Shown one piece after another: positions 39,780-52,500 of a stretch of 64,000 bases of DNA; within the stretch, counting starts at the first letter, position 1; every line of letters begins with the position of its first letter. Below the pieces are notes generated by a model, which saw only the letters and a list, made by a program, of their open reading frames with translations, was not told the origin of the DNA and did not search any database. The DNA lies in assembly GCA_001938485.1 (NCBI GenBank), contig MQRK01223826.1, positions 6,352 through 70,351 of the forward strand. Direction: 5' to 3'. The translations under genes were made by a program, and so were the position numbers. Source of the stretch: Girardia tigrina (taxonomy: Eukaryota).

Positions 39780-41680
39780 TGGTTTCACGGTCAGAGTATA
39801 GACTGAAGGTGCTCTTACGAGCATTTTTGGGGATGGGAATCGATTTCGCTTGACCATTTTGTGTGAATGTCAGATACAGGAAGGTTATGGATAAAATGTA
39901 TATATGTTTGTTTACATGCCTTCATAGGCGATGAATACATCTCGCGTTGACTTCAAATCTAAAATCGGATGCCTAAATTATGACATTTCTTAGATTCATG
40001 AGTAGACAAGGACGGCCTTCCACAGTGGTCAGTGACAATGTCACGAATTTTGTCAGAGCCATAAATGAAATAATTGAGATCAAACTAGATAATTCTAAAT
40101 TGAAAAGATAATTAGAGAAATATGAGATTCGATGAATATTAAATCCTCCGAAAACACCGCATTTTGGAGAAGCTTATGAAGCGGTGGTTAAATGAGTCAA
40201 GAGTCGTGAATATAATTCTACCAGAAGCATAATTTTTTACCTTAACCGTTAGACAGCAGATGTACCCAAATTATGCACAAAACTTTTTGACTTTGTTTTT
40301 ATATATTTTTGAGTGTATCAGTAGGCAAGTAACCTGGTGGTGCCTATATCCTCTCCAGGTCTGGAAGGCCGTTGTCTCCAAGGAGCTCATTTGCCCTTTG
40401 CAAAGTTTTGTTTTTCATCTTGTTGGGAGTCCACATACCCTATTTGTCCAGTTGCTCTGGGTAAAAGAGCCGATTTAGTCGCCAACTATTCGACCATGGT
40501 ACAAGTAGTACAGGTTGACATGCTACATGTTGCTGGCCTGCTTGCCTGACCTGAATATTCAATGGCCCGCGTCTTCCCAATCGGTCACCAAAATAAGTAG
40601 TAACACAAAAGTTTCGTGCCTAACTTCAAAGATCAGACGGAATCCGATGTACCCAACCGATGCACTCAAATTACGGAAGAAGAATTTACAGAAATTGTGA
40701 TAATTACGGAAGGATTGGTTAACAAAGATAGTAACAAGGAAGTACGAAGATCCTTCTGAAGAAACACTATTGTCATCAAATAATTTAATTATTGCAGGAT
40801 GGAATAGAGAAATTCCAGGAAAATTGACGAGATCAATTAAAAAATGAGCCATCGCCCTATAAGGATTGAGGTACGGGCCATCGGATTAAGTTGTGGCGAC
40901 TGGCATCCCTTTAACGTGTGGGAAGTTTGTACCCTAAGAGCTCGGCGCAGCGACCGGACAGTAGCTATCTACTGGTTGAATCCGTCGTTGTATGTTAATC
41001 TTGCAACTGATTCATAGCAGTTCCCCTTCGAGTGGCGGATTTCGTCCCACTGGAGAGATCACGTCGGTCAGTAATGCGCCATCGGTTCGCGTATAACAGC
41101 ACCAGCTTCGGTTCAACCGGCTTGTTTTGCCGAGGGGTAGTATAGTTTGTAATATTTGTAATTTTTTAATATAAGGTCCACGATAACTGAGACAAAACGA
41201 AAAAAATAATTACTTTTTTACGACAATTGACATTTTTTTAGTTTAAATTGAATTCATTTTTTAATTGTCCATTGAATCATTAAAACAGTCGTCAGTATTT
41301 TTTTACAACTTTTACAATTTTTGAGCACCACAAAGATATATTCAGAATCTCACAGAACTCTTTTGAAATAGATGGATAGAATAAGTTCTCATGACGTCGA
41401 GAACTAGTAAAAAGTGGAGACGGGGAGAAATACAATTTATAGATGGATAGAATAAGTTCTCATGACGTCGAGAACTAGTAAAAAGTGGAGACGAGGAGAA
41501 ATACAATTTTCAAAAGAAGACAATGCGTGGATATTGGATGAAAAATTCCGATTGGGACATTGAAAAGTCAAAGAATATAAAAAGTCTCTCCAAGGCGAGA
41601 TAAAGTGGTTAGAATGCCTGTCAACAAAATCTGTATACTGGAATTAGGTGAGGAAAACGCAAACCAGTTAGATCGACAAA
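39780..41680 (+). mobile_element. BEL/Pao LTR retrotransposon integrase remnant (interrupted ~40230-41330)
   Basis: YICLFTCL..IHL...FLRFMSRQGRPSTVVSDNVTNFVRA, NPPKTPHFGEAYE, F*NRWIE, DKVVR-PVNKICILEL; ~71-bp tandem duplication at ~41368-41509. Confidence 0.88.
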
Positions 41681-41703
41681 AATAAAAATCTGAGAAGGGT
41701 GAA

Positions 41704-42078
41704 TGATCAAAGATAGCTGAGATTAAGTTTCGGGAAATTTAGAAGGGTCTTCTGTAGAGACCAATGGCATAAATGAAACCACTTGCCGGTACTAATATCC
41801 AAATGTATCATGAGATCTTGTTATAGACAGTCAAAGTCCAAGTGATTAAGGAGGTGTTTCGGTCTGAGGGGCTGAGAGTCTCAATGAAAGTGAATAATAA
41901 TAAAAGAACCAGGTCCTGGGAATGTTTTTGAGTGTGAATAATATGAATAATGAAGAGTGATGTTGAAGATGGGTTTATGGATAATGTTGAATGTGATGGT
42001 TGATGAGTTTTTCAGTGTGATTGAATGAATTTGAATTTGATCACGAGTAATCAGAAGGGAGAATGTTTGATTCATTCA
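41704..42078 (+). mobile_element. Probable 3' LTR of the BEL/Pao element
   Basis: Purine tract GAGAAGGGTGAA then TGA...; AATAAA near 41899; candidate end ...TCA; no second LTR to confirm. Confidence 0.45.
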
Positions 42079-42572
42079 AAGGGAAAAAACAAAACAAAAA
42101 TGTAACAAAGAAGAAAATATTTTATGTGGAATATGCTCCAAAAAACGTGGCAAAAAGCCATTTGTGAAATCAGCGTCATCAGTCAGACAAAGCGTATGCC
42201 ACAAGGATTCACATCAGTTCAATGACTCGGGAAAATTTACCGACGAAACTCTCTAAAATGGACAATCTTATCATTTGAGTTCAACACAGAAAAATAACAA
42301 CAATATCCAAGGCCGATTAGATTCATTGACAGAAATCATGAAAAAGAATCTCGATTTTCCTACGACGGATTCTAATTCTATAAAAAAATATTGCATAAAC
42401 AATCCCGATGTGCAGAATTATAATATTAATAACGGTTTGTTATAGATGATCATGACTATGATTCAAAATCTTCATCACAACAAGAATAATAATAATATTT
42501 ACAATGTAATTATAATATGATAAAGTCTTGTGTGATCTTTAAAAAAGTAAAAATACGTCAAAAACAATGGTA

Positions 42573-45055
42573 TTAGGTTGTCGCAAAAGCAATGCAGGTT
42601 TTTGAACCTAAATTTTAAACAAATGTGACTCAGCACAGAATAAACATTATTAATCTCAATAAAAACTGTCCGAATCAATACATTTTTGCCAACGAGAAAC
42701 AAGTTTATTGATGAGTTCTGGATGCGATGAAAGCGTTAAAAGCGTCTTTGAAATCGTCTTGGTTTTCAAAGAATATTTCCTGGAGAAAGTTTTCAGATGC
42801 TTGAAAAAATGATAGTCGGTGGGCGAGAGGTCTGGTGACTAGGGTGGATGAGGCAAAGTTTCGCAGCCCAACTCGTTTAGCTTTGAAGGGTCAATTTTGT
42901 GATGTGGCTGGGCATTGTCGCGGAGGAGAATTGGTCCCTTCATATTGACCAATCTCGGGTTCATATGTGGTGCGATCCCTAAGTCCTTAGACTTGTTGAT
43001 AAATAAGATTATGACGTATATGTCATTGTTATTATAATTAGATGAGCTATCATTGGTTACAGATATGACTCACCATACAAAACCTATGTGTGTGAGTGGT
43101 GCGTACAGCCATTATTTCACTTTTTACTGTAGACATGGACAGTAACGTCGAATATCGCAGCGTGATAAAATCTCTGCTCCTGCGCAATAATAAAAGCTGC
43201 AATATTTTGCAGCAGTTGCAGGAAGCTTACGGTAACTAGTACCCATCACGTGCAAAAGTGTATAATTCAATCAGAGACTTTAAACATGGCCGACAATCCG
43301 TTTTTGATGCTGAGAGATCAGGACAACCGTGTGAAATTTTACCTGGGAAAAGTGATTTGTGTATGAAGATTGTGTCGGAAGAGAGACAAATAAGCATCCA
43401 TCAACTACCATTCTACATATGATATTCTGCAATAATTTGGAGTTCGCAAACTGTGTTCACGTTTTGTTCCCCGATTCCTATCCAGTGAAATGTCCGACAA
43501 ACGTTTGCAATGTTGCTCTACCAATTTGTAGTTGCTTCGCACTCATGGTGATCGCTTCATCAACAGCATCGTTACACAAGATGAAACCCCGGTGAGCTTG
43601 TATGTGCCTGAGAGCAAGCGTCAATCTTCTGAGTGGTGCTTCCCCTGTGAAAGTGCTCCCCGAATACTTCGAAGCGGCACCTCGCACAAACGAGCAGCAA
43701 TGCTGACTGTGTTCTGGGATTCCCATGGCATTATTAACATTCATTTCCTTGAGAAAAGACTGACAATGAAAAGTGAGTATTATGCTGAATTACTTCGAGA
43801 TGTGAGAAAGTCTCGTAGAAGCCAAGAGGGATCCAATTGTGTCACCTTCAAGACAATGCACCCATTTACACTTCGCGAGCAACTTTGACTGCTGTGGACA
43901 ACTGTGGCTTTAAGTTGGTTTCCCACCTCCCCCTATAGCCCTGACCTAGCCCCAAGTGATTTTGCGTTGTTTAAACACCTAAAGAAACATTTGAAAGGTG
44001 TCCACTTTGATTCAGTTGATGTCCTCAAGGAGAAAGTCCTTGGTATTCTCAATTCTTTGGCTCCCAATTTTTACAAAAATGCGTTCTCTGATCTTGTTGC
44101 TGGCTGGTGTAAGTGGGTTGATGTACACGGCTCATACATTGTGAAAGGATTTACTTTGATGTCATAAACTGATTCTGGAAAAATAAAGTTGATTGGACTT
44201 TGCATTCTTGTCGATTATAAGGAATAATGGATCGCACCACGTACTTCGGAGCTGGTGATGCATTTTGTAAATTTGTTGGCAGTAATTCTCTGCGTTGATT
44301 GTTTCACCAGTATTCAGAAGTCTGTGATGGATGAGACCGGCTGCGGACCACCAAACAATCACCATAACCTCATTTTGGTGGAGTTTCGGTTTCGAAAAGT
44401 AGTGAGGAGCCTACTCACGGTACAACCATTGTGCCGAACGTCGCCAATTGTCGTAGAGAATCAACTTCTCATCACTTGCCACAATCCGATCGAGAAACGG
44501 GTTGTTGTGCAAAAGAAACGCGGAAGACACCTCAAAATGACGTTTTTTGACTTTAGTTCATTTCATGAGGCACCCATTTATCGAGCTTTGTCGACTTTTC
44601 AATTTGCTTCAAGTGAGTGCCCAAACACTTGTGCGTGGATCGGCTTCCACCAGTTCCTTCAATTCTTCGTTGTCAATTGACGATTGGCGGCTGCCATGAG
44701 GCTCATCATCTAGGTTTGTATTGCCAGAGCAAAACTTTTGAAACCAGTGCTGCACCGTAAATTCGTTGACACTTCCCTTGTCCAAAACTTCGTTGATGTT
44801 TCCAGAGGGTTGAGCTGCATTACTCCCTAGATTGAGAGCGTATTTGTAAATGTGTGGAAAATCACGTTTTGACATCTGCAATTACAATCAAAATTATTAA
44901 CAAAAGAAACATTATAATAAGTTTTAGACAAATATATCTGAAAGAGTATAAATTACAATTTCGAATGACTCATAACATCATACATGCTTTAGTCGTATAA
45001 CATTGCGGTAAATACAAAAAAATCAAAAACGTGCATTCCTTTTGCAACAACCTAA
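42573..45055 (-). mobile_element. mariner element with nested mariner
   Basis: TA|TTAGGTTGTCGCAAAAGCAATGCA ... TGCATTCCTTTTGCAACAACCTAA|TA; TVQHWFQKFCSGNTNLDDEPHGSR and VWWSAAGLIH. Confidence 0.9.
42966..44241 (+). mobile_element. Nested full-length-sized mariner (frameshifted transposase)
   Basis: TA|TGTGGTGCGATCC ... GGATCGCACCACG|TA; IVTQDET, VFWDSHGII, QDNAP, PYSPDLAPSDFALF. Confidence 0.92.
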
Positions 45056-46016
45056 TAAATTTGATATTTCTGTGAACTGGTGTTTTACACTTGATTTACA
45101 TTTTTCCGTTTATTCTTTGCCTTTTTTCGATGAAAATTATTGTTAATTAAAAACGGTTGAGTAAAAACATTATACAGATTGAAAAAAATAATCTATAAAG
45201 TGAAAATAAAGAAATGATGAAATTATATAAAAGTGTCTCCTTGGTTTGTCTAAACCGGTCAGTTTTTTTCTTATCGTTTGTTAAATGTTTAAAATAGAGA
45301 ATTTGCTCAATATAAAAAAAGATTGATATATGACGCAAATATAAATTGGAAAATTTTGGAAAAAAATTATCTTGTTATAAAAAAAATTAAGTGTTCAAAA
45401 GAAAGTATTTTGGCTTATAATTTTTTTGAAATAAAAAATGGATGAAAACAATCTTTAAAAAATGATGATTGATTACGAAAACGAAAGCGAATCAAAACGT
45501 CGTGACACTCGAGGTAGTCTTCGACGAAAGTTTCGAATCGTTGAACCGAATTTTACACCGACATATAACAAGAAAAAAATGGGAAATCTAGACCGAGTCG
45601 TTCGATTGCGATATGAGAAACACTTGATGTTCAATAGCGAGTTCTCGACGATTGGCGTACCGCCAAAAGCCAATTTTGCAGCCGAGTCGATACGGAAATC
45701 TAATTGAAGAGTGAGAATGGTCTTCTCCTTTCGTATCCGTGAAATGATTCCAACAATTGTTCGGACTCGACTCAGAAACTCCACACGAATGCCGGGGCTC
45801 TGCGACCTCGCTCCGTTCACTTTGCTAATACCATGTACAGTAAAATATAAATAATTCTTTGTAAAGAGTAGATAGTTTCCAGAAACGACCAACATTTTCT
45901 TCATCAAACACTGACTGGCAGATATGTTTGAACTGGCACATCTATTGGTAGATTGTGATATGATATGAACATAAATTATCATAAGTTTTCTGCAACTGAT
46001 TCAATATTTGCTGATT

Positions 46017-46644
46017 TTACCACGTTTTTATTAGCTTGCTTTCTTGTCTGTTTGTCTGTCTGGAACAAATCTTGCGATTGATTTTTCGACCACTTTCAGT
46101 CATCCAATTGAGCTGAATTTTTTTATACANNNNNNNNNNNNNNNNNNNNNNNNNNNNNNNNNNNNNNNNNNNNNNNNNNNNNNNNNNNNNNNNNNNNNNN
46201 NNNNNNNNNNNNNNNNNNNNNNNNNNNNNNNNNNNNNNNNNNNNNNNNNNNNNNNNNNNNNNNNNNNNNNNNNNNNNNNNNNNNNNNNNNNNNNNNNNNN
46301 NNNNNNNNNNNNNNNNNNNNNNNNNNNNNNNNNNNNNNNNNNNNNNNNNNNNNNNNNNNNNNNNNNNNNNNNNNNNNNNNNNNNNNNNNNNNNNNNNNNN
46401 NNNNNNNNNNNNNNNNNNNNNNNNNNNNNNNNNNNNNNNNNNNNNNNNNNNNNNNNNNNNNNNNNNNNNNNNNNNNNNNNNNNNNNNNNNNNNNNNNNNN
46501 NNNNNNNNNNNNNNNNNNNNNNNNNNNNNNNNNNNNNNNNNNNNNNNNNNNNNNNNTAGGTATAAAATTTCGCACATGTCTAGAAAAAAAATTATTTTCC
46601 TCTTTTTAGTGCATTGGTAATGCTTGAAAAACGTGGTTGTTTTT
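46017..46644 (+). mobile_element. HINE/DINE-1-like non-autonomous element
   Basis: T-rich insertion site; CCACGTTTTT ... AAAAACGTGG short inverted repeats; (TGTC)n; GCATT-GGT-AATGC hairpin near the 3' end; interior gap. Confidence 0.55.
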
Positions 46645-46907
46645 ATAAAAATTTTTTTTTATTAATAATATTTTTATCATCAAGTAAACAAATAATTTAG
46701 TAGTCAACCATAATTCAACAGGATGTAACAATACAAAAAAAATATCATGGTTAAAAATTATTCATTTATTTCTGACTCGAAATTGTCTTATTTATTATTT
46801 CCTTATTTAATTTTCCTTTAAAATTAAAATTGTATTAAATTGTGCAACATTAATCTATTTAAGTGAAGTTGTTTCTAATAAAACTATACAAAAAACTTTT
46901 AAGAAAA

Positions 46908-47222
46908 ATGACGTTGTATAATCAATCTTCAACCAGTAAAATGAATACAGAAAATAACAAAAATAATGATTATATTTCTTGGAAGACAGAGGTACAAGTG
47001 AGACGCCGTCAGCAAGAATCTTCTACAGACGTTGAAAAGGTGTGGGCAAAGCATATGAGGTCAGGAGGAGAAAGCGAGGCTCCGTGGATCAAAGAAGTTG
47101 TTGAGAAACGAAAAGCGAAATTTCCAAGTACGAAAGAGCAAGAACATTTAAATTGGATAGATGAATTAAAAGAAAGAAAATCTTCCTTGTATAAAGTTGT
47201 ACAAGATATACAATCGTTATAA
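46908..47222 (+). CDS. Unknown 104-aa ORF, copy 2
   Basis: Five substitutions seen versus copy 1 (3 non-synonymous, 2 synonymous), no indels; AATAAA ~55 nt after the stop. Confidence 0.45.
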   Translation: MTLYNQSSTSKMNTENNKNNDYISWKTEVQVRRRQQESSTDVEKVWAKHMRSGGESEAPWIKEVVEKRKAKFPSTKEQEHLNWIDELKERKSSLYKVVQDIQSL

Positions 47223-47768
47223 ATTATAATTGCTCTTTTATTCGAAATGATTTGTCATCAACAATAGTTTGGTAAATAAATATTGGTTAAACGATCGTTA
47301 AATTATTTTTATTTATCCTTTTTGTTTTTTATAAATTACTTTTTTACAAATAGAAACTCGAAACTTAACAAAAAAAAATCATTAAATAAAATAAATGAAT
47401 GTGTTATAGAAATAAAAAAAATCATATAATATAAAATCAAAGAATTAGATTTTAAAATGTAACTAGGAAGGGAATCAGTCAAACTCAGAGAGTTCTTTTG
47501 ACGTGACCTACTTGAGCCATTGAAACTGCGATTTATCTATGAGATCTTGTTTGCTCGTCGGTATTAACTATTTGAACTTCTTCTTGACCATGACTCAACA
47601 TTGCTCAAAGGAATTAAGATCTAAACACGAACCTGGCCATTGATCCAAAAGACTTATGTTTTCGGATGTTAGCCGTTGTTTGATAATTTTCCTCTTGTTA
47701 TAAGACATTCCATTTTAACGTACCAACAGTACGTATTTCAATAAAGTTGAAGAGGATGGTGTTTGGAC

Positions 47769-47989
47769 ATTGATTTTAGGATCAAAAGATTTGATCAACA
47801 ATGCTTCACACATCACCCTCTCCCAGTAATTATCAAATTGTGAACACAAAATCTTAAAATTACTTACATCAACTTTACTATAAAGTTGATGTAAGTAATT
47901 TTAAGATTTTGTATTCACAATTTGATAATTACTGGAAGAGGGTGAAATGTGAAGCATTGTTGATCAAATCTTTTGATCCTAAAATCAAT
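47769..47989. repeat. Near-perfect palindrome of PLE GIY-YIG sequence
   Basis: ~109-bp arms around 47878-47880; right arm reads NFKILYSQFDNYW...CEALLIKSFDPKIN. Confidence 0.9.
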
Positions 47990-49548
47990 ATATTGGTTTC
48001 TTGATTTTTTAACGTTTGTTTAAATATTATGATAAAGTTGTAACTCTACTCAAAATTATTAGGATTTGTGCCCTTCTCTGCACCAGAGTTTTATAATAGT
48101 TTGTGTATTTGTAAAATCCTTTTTTTCTCTCTCTGCCTCTGATATCCAAATTTTTCCGCCATTCGTCCCGGTTCCGTCATTTGTAAGGTTTTCATTTCTA
48201 TCTGATATTATAAGAAGAGTCGAACACAACATACTTTCTGGAAGATTTAAGCATTGGCATCATTTTGATGAGCCCTCACATTTCTCCAAACCCCCTCCCC
48301 CTATTCAAAAATCATAAAAAAGTCTGAACCTCCTCTCCCCATAGGTTCCTGACATCATTTAGAGACGGCCCAAGAAATTCAAATCGTCTCACAATAGCAA
48401 TTTTGTAAAACTCAATTTGTTTCTCAATAGCAATATGGCATTTTGCGTACCACAACATTGTAACAGCAAAAAACATAAAAAATCTATTTTTTATGTAAAA
48501 AATACTTAGTTTGTTGTGTATAAAAACTGTTTCTTTCAATGTAAAAAATTATTCCCTAATGTAAATAAAAACAATACTCATAAATGACATTGTTTTACTG
48601 TAGTAAATAATAAAATTTTAAAAATGACCAAATTGATTTCTTTTTAAAAAACAAAATTCATTCAATTTATTTCGATTCATTCCGTTTACTCGATGGTTTC
48701 AAATCACTGATGAAATTTGGTCCACCCTAATCGAGAGTGCTGCGGACGTCCCACAAGCAAACGGCCGACCCGGCAACCAGTTAAACCGAATTTTATGTCG
48801 GTAGCCGCCACTAACTGGACGATTCAGGTCGAGTCAATAATCTTAAATAATAAGACAGTTCGTTGTACTTAGGCAGTCTGAAAGCCCATCAAATACAGTA
48901 CTTAATGTGACCTTATCATGCCTTGATTTTTTCTCCTTTCGGAAAGATTGTCTCCTTTTAGAACGCCGAACCGGTCTGTGCGTGAATTACGCGTTTACCG
49001 GTGCATCGCTTGTTGAAACTTGCGGTTTTTGATTCGTAGACTTCTAATCGCATATCGGTGGAGTTAACCATCATTAAATATGACAGGCAATAATGTCCAA
49101 ATATAAAAGATTATATTCTTCGAATTTGAAAATAACACCAAAATTTTATTTATTTAAACTAATTCATGAAATAATTCATGAAAAAACAACGTGTTCTTTA
49201 TTACTGCACATTAAATGTTTATTTTAATATGAAAAAATAGATTTTATTTAGATAAATTTAAACTCACAAAAAGATTAATTTCCAACGACAAAATCTTTTA
49301 AATACAAAATAGATTTTAACAATAAATAACTCTCTTGGTCGTGTTTATTTTTCTAGTTTGGATTATAAATTAGAAGAGATTCGTTTGTTTTCTTGTCTCA
49401 TCGAGTCACAACTCTTCAAATTGTCTTCAATTTATCAAAGAGTTTTTGTAAAGTAAATAAATTTTATTCTGTGTATTAAGTTAATTTTTTCTATTTTAAA
49501 GACACAATCTTAATAAAATATATTATTCGTTTTTTATATCTTTTGATT

Positions 49549-52500
49549 GAACATATTCTGGATTTTATGTTTAGATACTATTTTAAAATTCAAATTCATA
49601 GTAATAATTGATTTCAGAATAGAAGATTTAAATTTTTTACCTTCAGAATAATGGATCGGTTAATGCGTAGCCACAATTAAGTCTCTCATTAGTTCCTATG
49701 TCGGGTTTCAAATTATTCTTTCCTTCAATTGTTTTATTAACACCATCTTTAAATAATTCATCATTTGTTTCACTAGTTAATTTCTCAAGGAAAGATTTTG
49801 ATTAGTCATTCTTATGTAAGTGATCACTCAACTTGTTGAAACTAGAATTGGCCTTGGAATAAGTTGAAGACAAAGACCAAGAACGAAACACCAAACCTTT
49901 ATCATGCTTCGATTATCTTTGGGTTCACAAACACTTTAATACTGTGAATTTAAATTTAAAAATAGTATCTAAAACATTTAAAATCCAGAATATGTTCAGC
50001 AATAAATTGAAAACTTTAAGTTAATGCTCCGATCTTGTGTATAAATTTAAGTGTAATCGGTGTAACGCCACATACTTTGGAGAGAAGGTCCTTCATCTCT
50101 GTAAACGGGTTCGTGAGCATGGATATCTAAGGGGTAGTAGAAATATATATGAACATAAAAAAACAGTACATAATTACTGTTGAAATAAATAATTTTAAAG
50201 TTTTATGCAGCAATTTTAAAAATTACATTGAAAGAGGCATTAATAATTAAAGCGATTAATCCAGCAATTAATGTCCAATTAAGTGACTCATAAACTTTGT
50301 TGAAAGTGTTTACGTAAAACGGTAATTGCATAATCATCATTACAATAATGATAAAAATTCCTGGTGATGACCGATATTCCGTCGAAATATATTTCATTAA
50401 TAAAAAATTTTATTTTAAAATCGCGTTTTTTTAATTTTTAAAAATAACTTGTCGTTATTTTTGAAATTTATCTGTAATAAATTCCTTATTAATATAACCA
50501 TTTGCAGGATTTTTCTATTAATCCTCCTTTTAAAAATCATAATTTGATTTATCTGAATTTTATCAACTTGTCTAAGACGAGTAAATTTAGAAAACACAGT
50601 AAAACCTATTTGCATAAAAGGTTCATTCAAAGCAAGTAACTTCAGCATGTTCAATTTTATTGAATAATAAATAATATTTTATTTATTATTATTATTTTAT
50701 ATTATATATTAATTGAAGAATTTTATTATTGAGGCTGCCTTTACTTTGACATTTTAGATATCAACCAATTAAGCATCATCTCATAATGAAAATGATAATT
50801 ATCAGATACTATAACCAATTGATTTATATCACAAATGGAAATGTAGAGCAGTTTCAATATTAAATATCTTATATTAATATATAATATAAAATATGCTAAT
50901 AAATAAATAAGAAATTAATTGTACATGTTTTGGAAATTCTTTTTCCATCATTAACAATTATATTTGAATTACATTTTTAATGTTACTTTTTTATAAAGTT
51001 ATTTGAAAAGGGAAAAATATTTATTTATTTATTTTAAGATATTATTGGATAATAATGACAAAATGTTTTAAAATTTTTAATTAAAAATTTGAAGATTTAA
51101 AGCGGCTTTACATTGTCCATTTTGAATGTTTATTGATTGGTTGTAGTGTTTTATTCATAATGATTCACAAAACTACTGCTGATAGTGTGAATCAAAGTTT
51201 TTTTCTGACAAACAGAAAACTCATCCTTTGAAACAAAAGAGATTCTATTTTTACAATATAAATAATGATCAAGAACCTTACTCGATCGACTGAATTGTGA
51301 ATGTTCACTAATCAGGGTTTGGAGATGACGATTTGTCTCTCCGATGTACGAGTTTTTACATCCGTGACAATCAAATTTATAAACCAGATTAGCCTCCAAT
51401 CCACAAATCGTTTTCGATATTTTCTAGAGGAAACTTTGACCTTTGGATTTTATTGAAACCAATTTGAGACTACTTATATTCTTGAAAATACTCTTATTAA
51501 ATGCTTTAAATCCTTCAGAATATTGAATTACGATTATTTGTTTGTGCACTTCAATGTTTTCTTCATTTAGTTGTTCCTACACCCGACTAATAATCTGAAC
51601 ATAATCTGTCCAATGTAGCCTTAATGTTTTGATCATTCTTTTTGTCTGTGTCTATTTTATTATACAGAACTGCTTTGATTCACACTTTAAGCAGCAGTTT
51701 TGTGAATCATTATTAATAAGATACTAGAACCAATTAATTAACATTCAAAATAGACAAATGAAAGCCATTTCAAATCTTAAAATTTTTAAAACATTTTGCC
51801 GTTATTATCCAATAATATTTTAAATTAAATAAATAAATAAACTTTTCCTTTTTCAAATAACTTTATAAAAAAGTAACTTTAAAAAGAGTAACTAATAAAT
51901 ATAATTGCTGACGATGGAAAATGAGTTTCCGAAACATGTACAATAATCGATTTCTTAAAAAAGCTTTAACTAAATTATTTTCAAAACTACTGCTGATAGT
52001 GTGAATCAAAGTTTTTTTCTGAAAAACAGAAAACTCATCCTTTGAAACAAAAGAGATTCTATTTTTACAATAAATGGAATATTTAAAAAAATAGAATTTT
52101 TAGAATATTTTATAATTTATTAAAGTATTATTGGGTAATAATGGCAAAAATATTTTAATTAAAGATTTTAAATATTGAAATAACCTTACTTTGCACATTC
52201 TTTGCTACTGAAGAATACAAACAAATCATAAAATTTTAGAGAGGGTATGATAAAAGGGCTTGTTCACAGAGTTTGGAATTTTTCGTCCAGTTTTGAAATT
52301 GCAAATCATGGTTTAAATATTCTTAGAGGGCGCTTGAGGGATAATATGTATACAAACAAGCAAATAAAACACAACATTAGGGTAACATTACACAAATTAT
52401 GTAAAGAGGCACGAATAAGAAACAATTAAAAGAAGAAAATACTGAAGAATACAAACAAATCATTAAAATTCCATATTCTGAAGGATTTAGAGCTTTTAAG

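Noticed and set aside
41036-41075. Minus-strand ...TCCAGTGGGACGAAA resembling a hammerhead stem II + GAAA
   Set aside because: No CUGANGA at the right spacing and no stems I/III.
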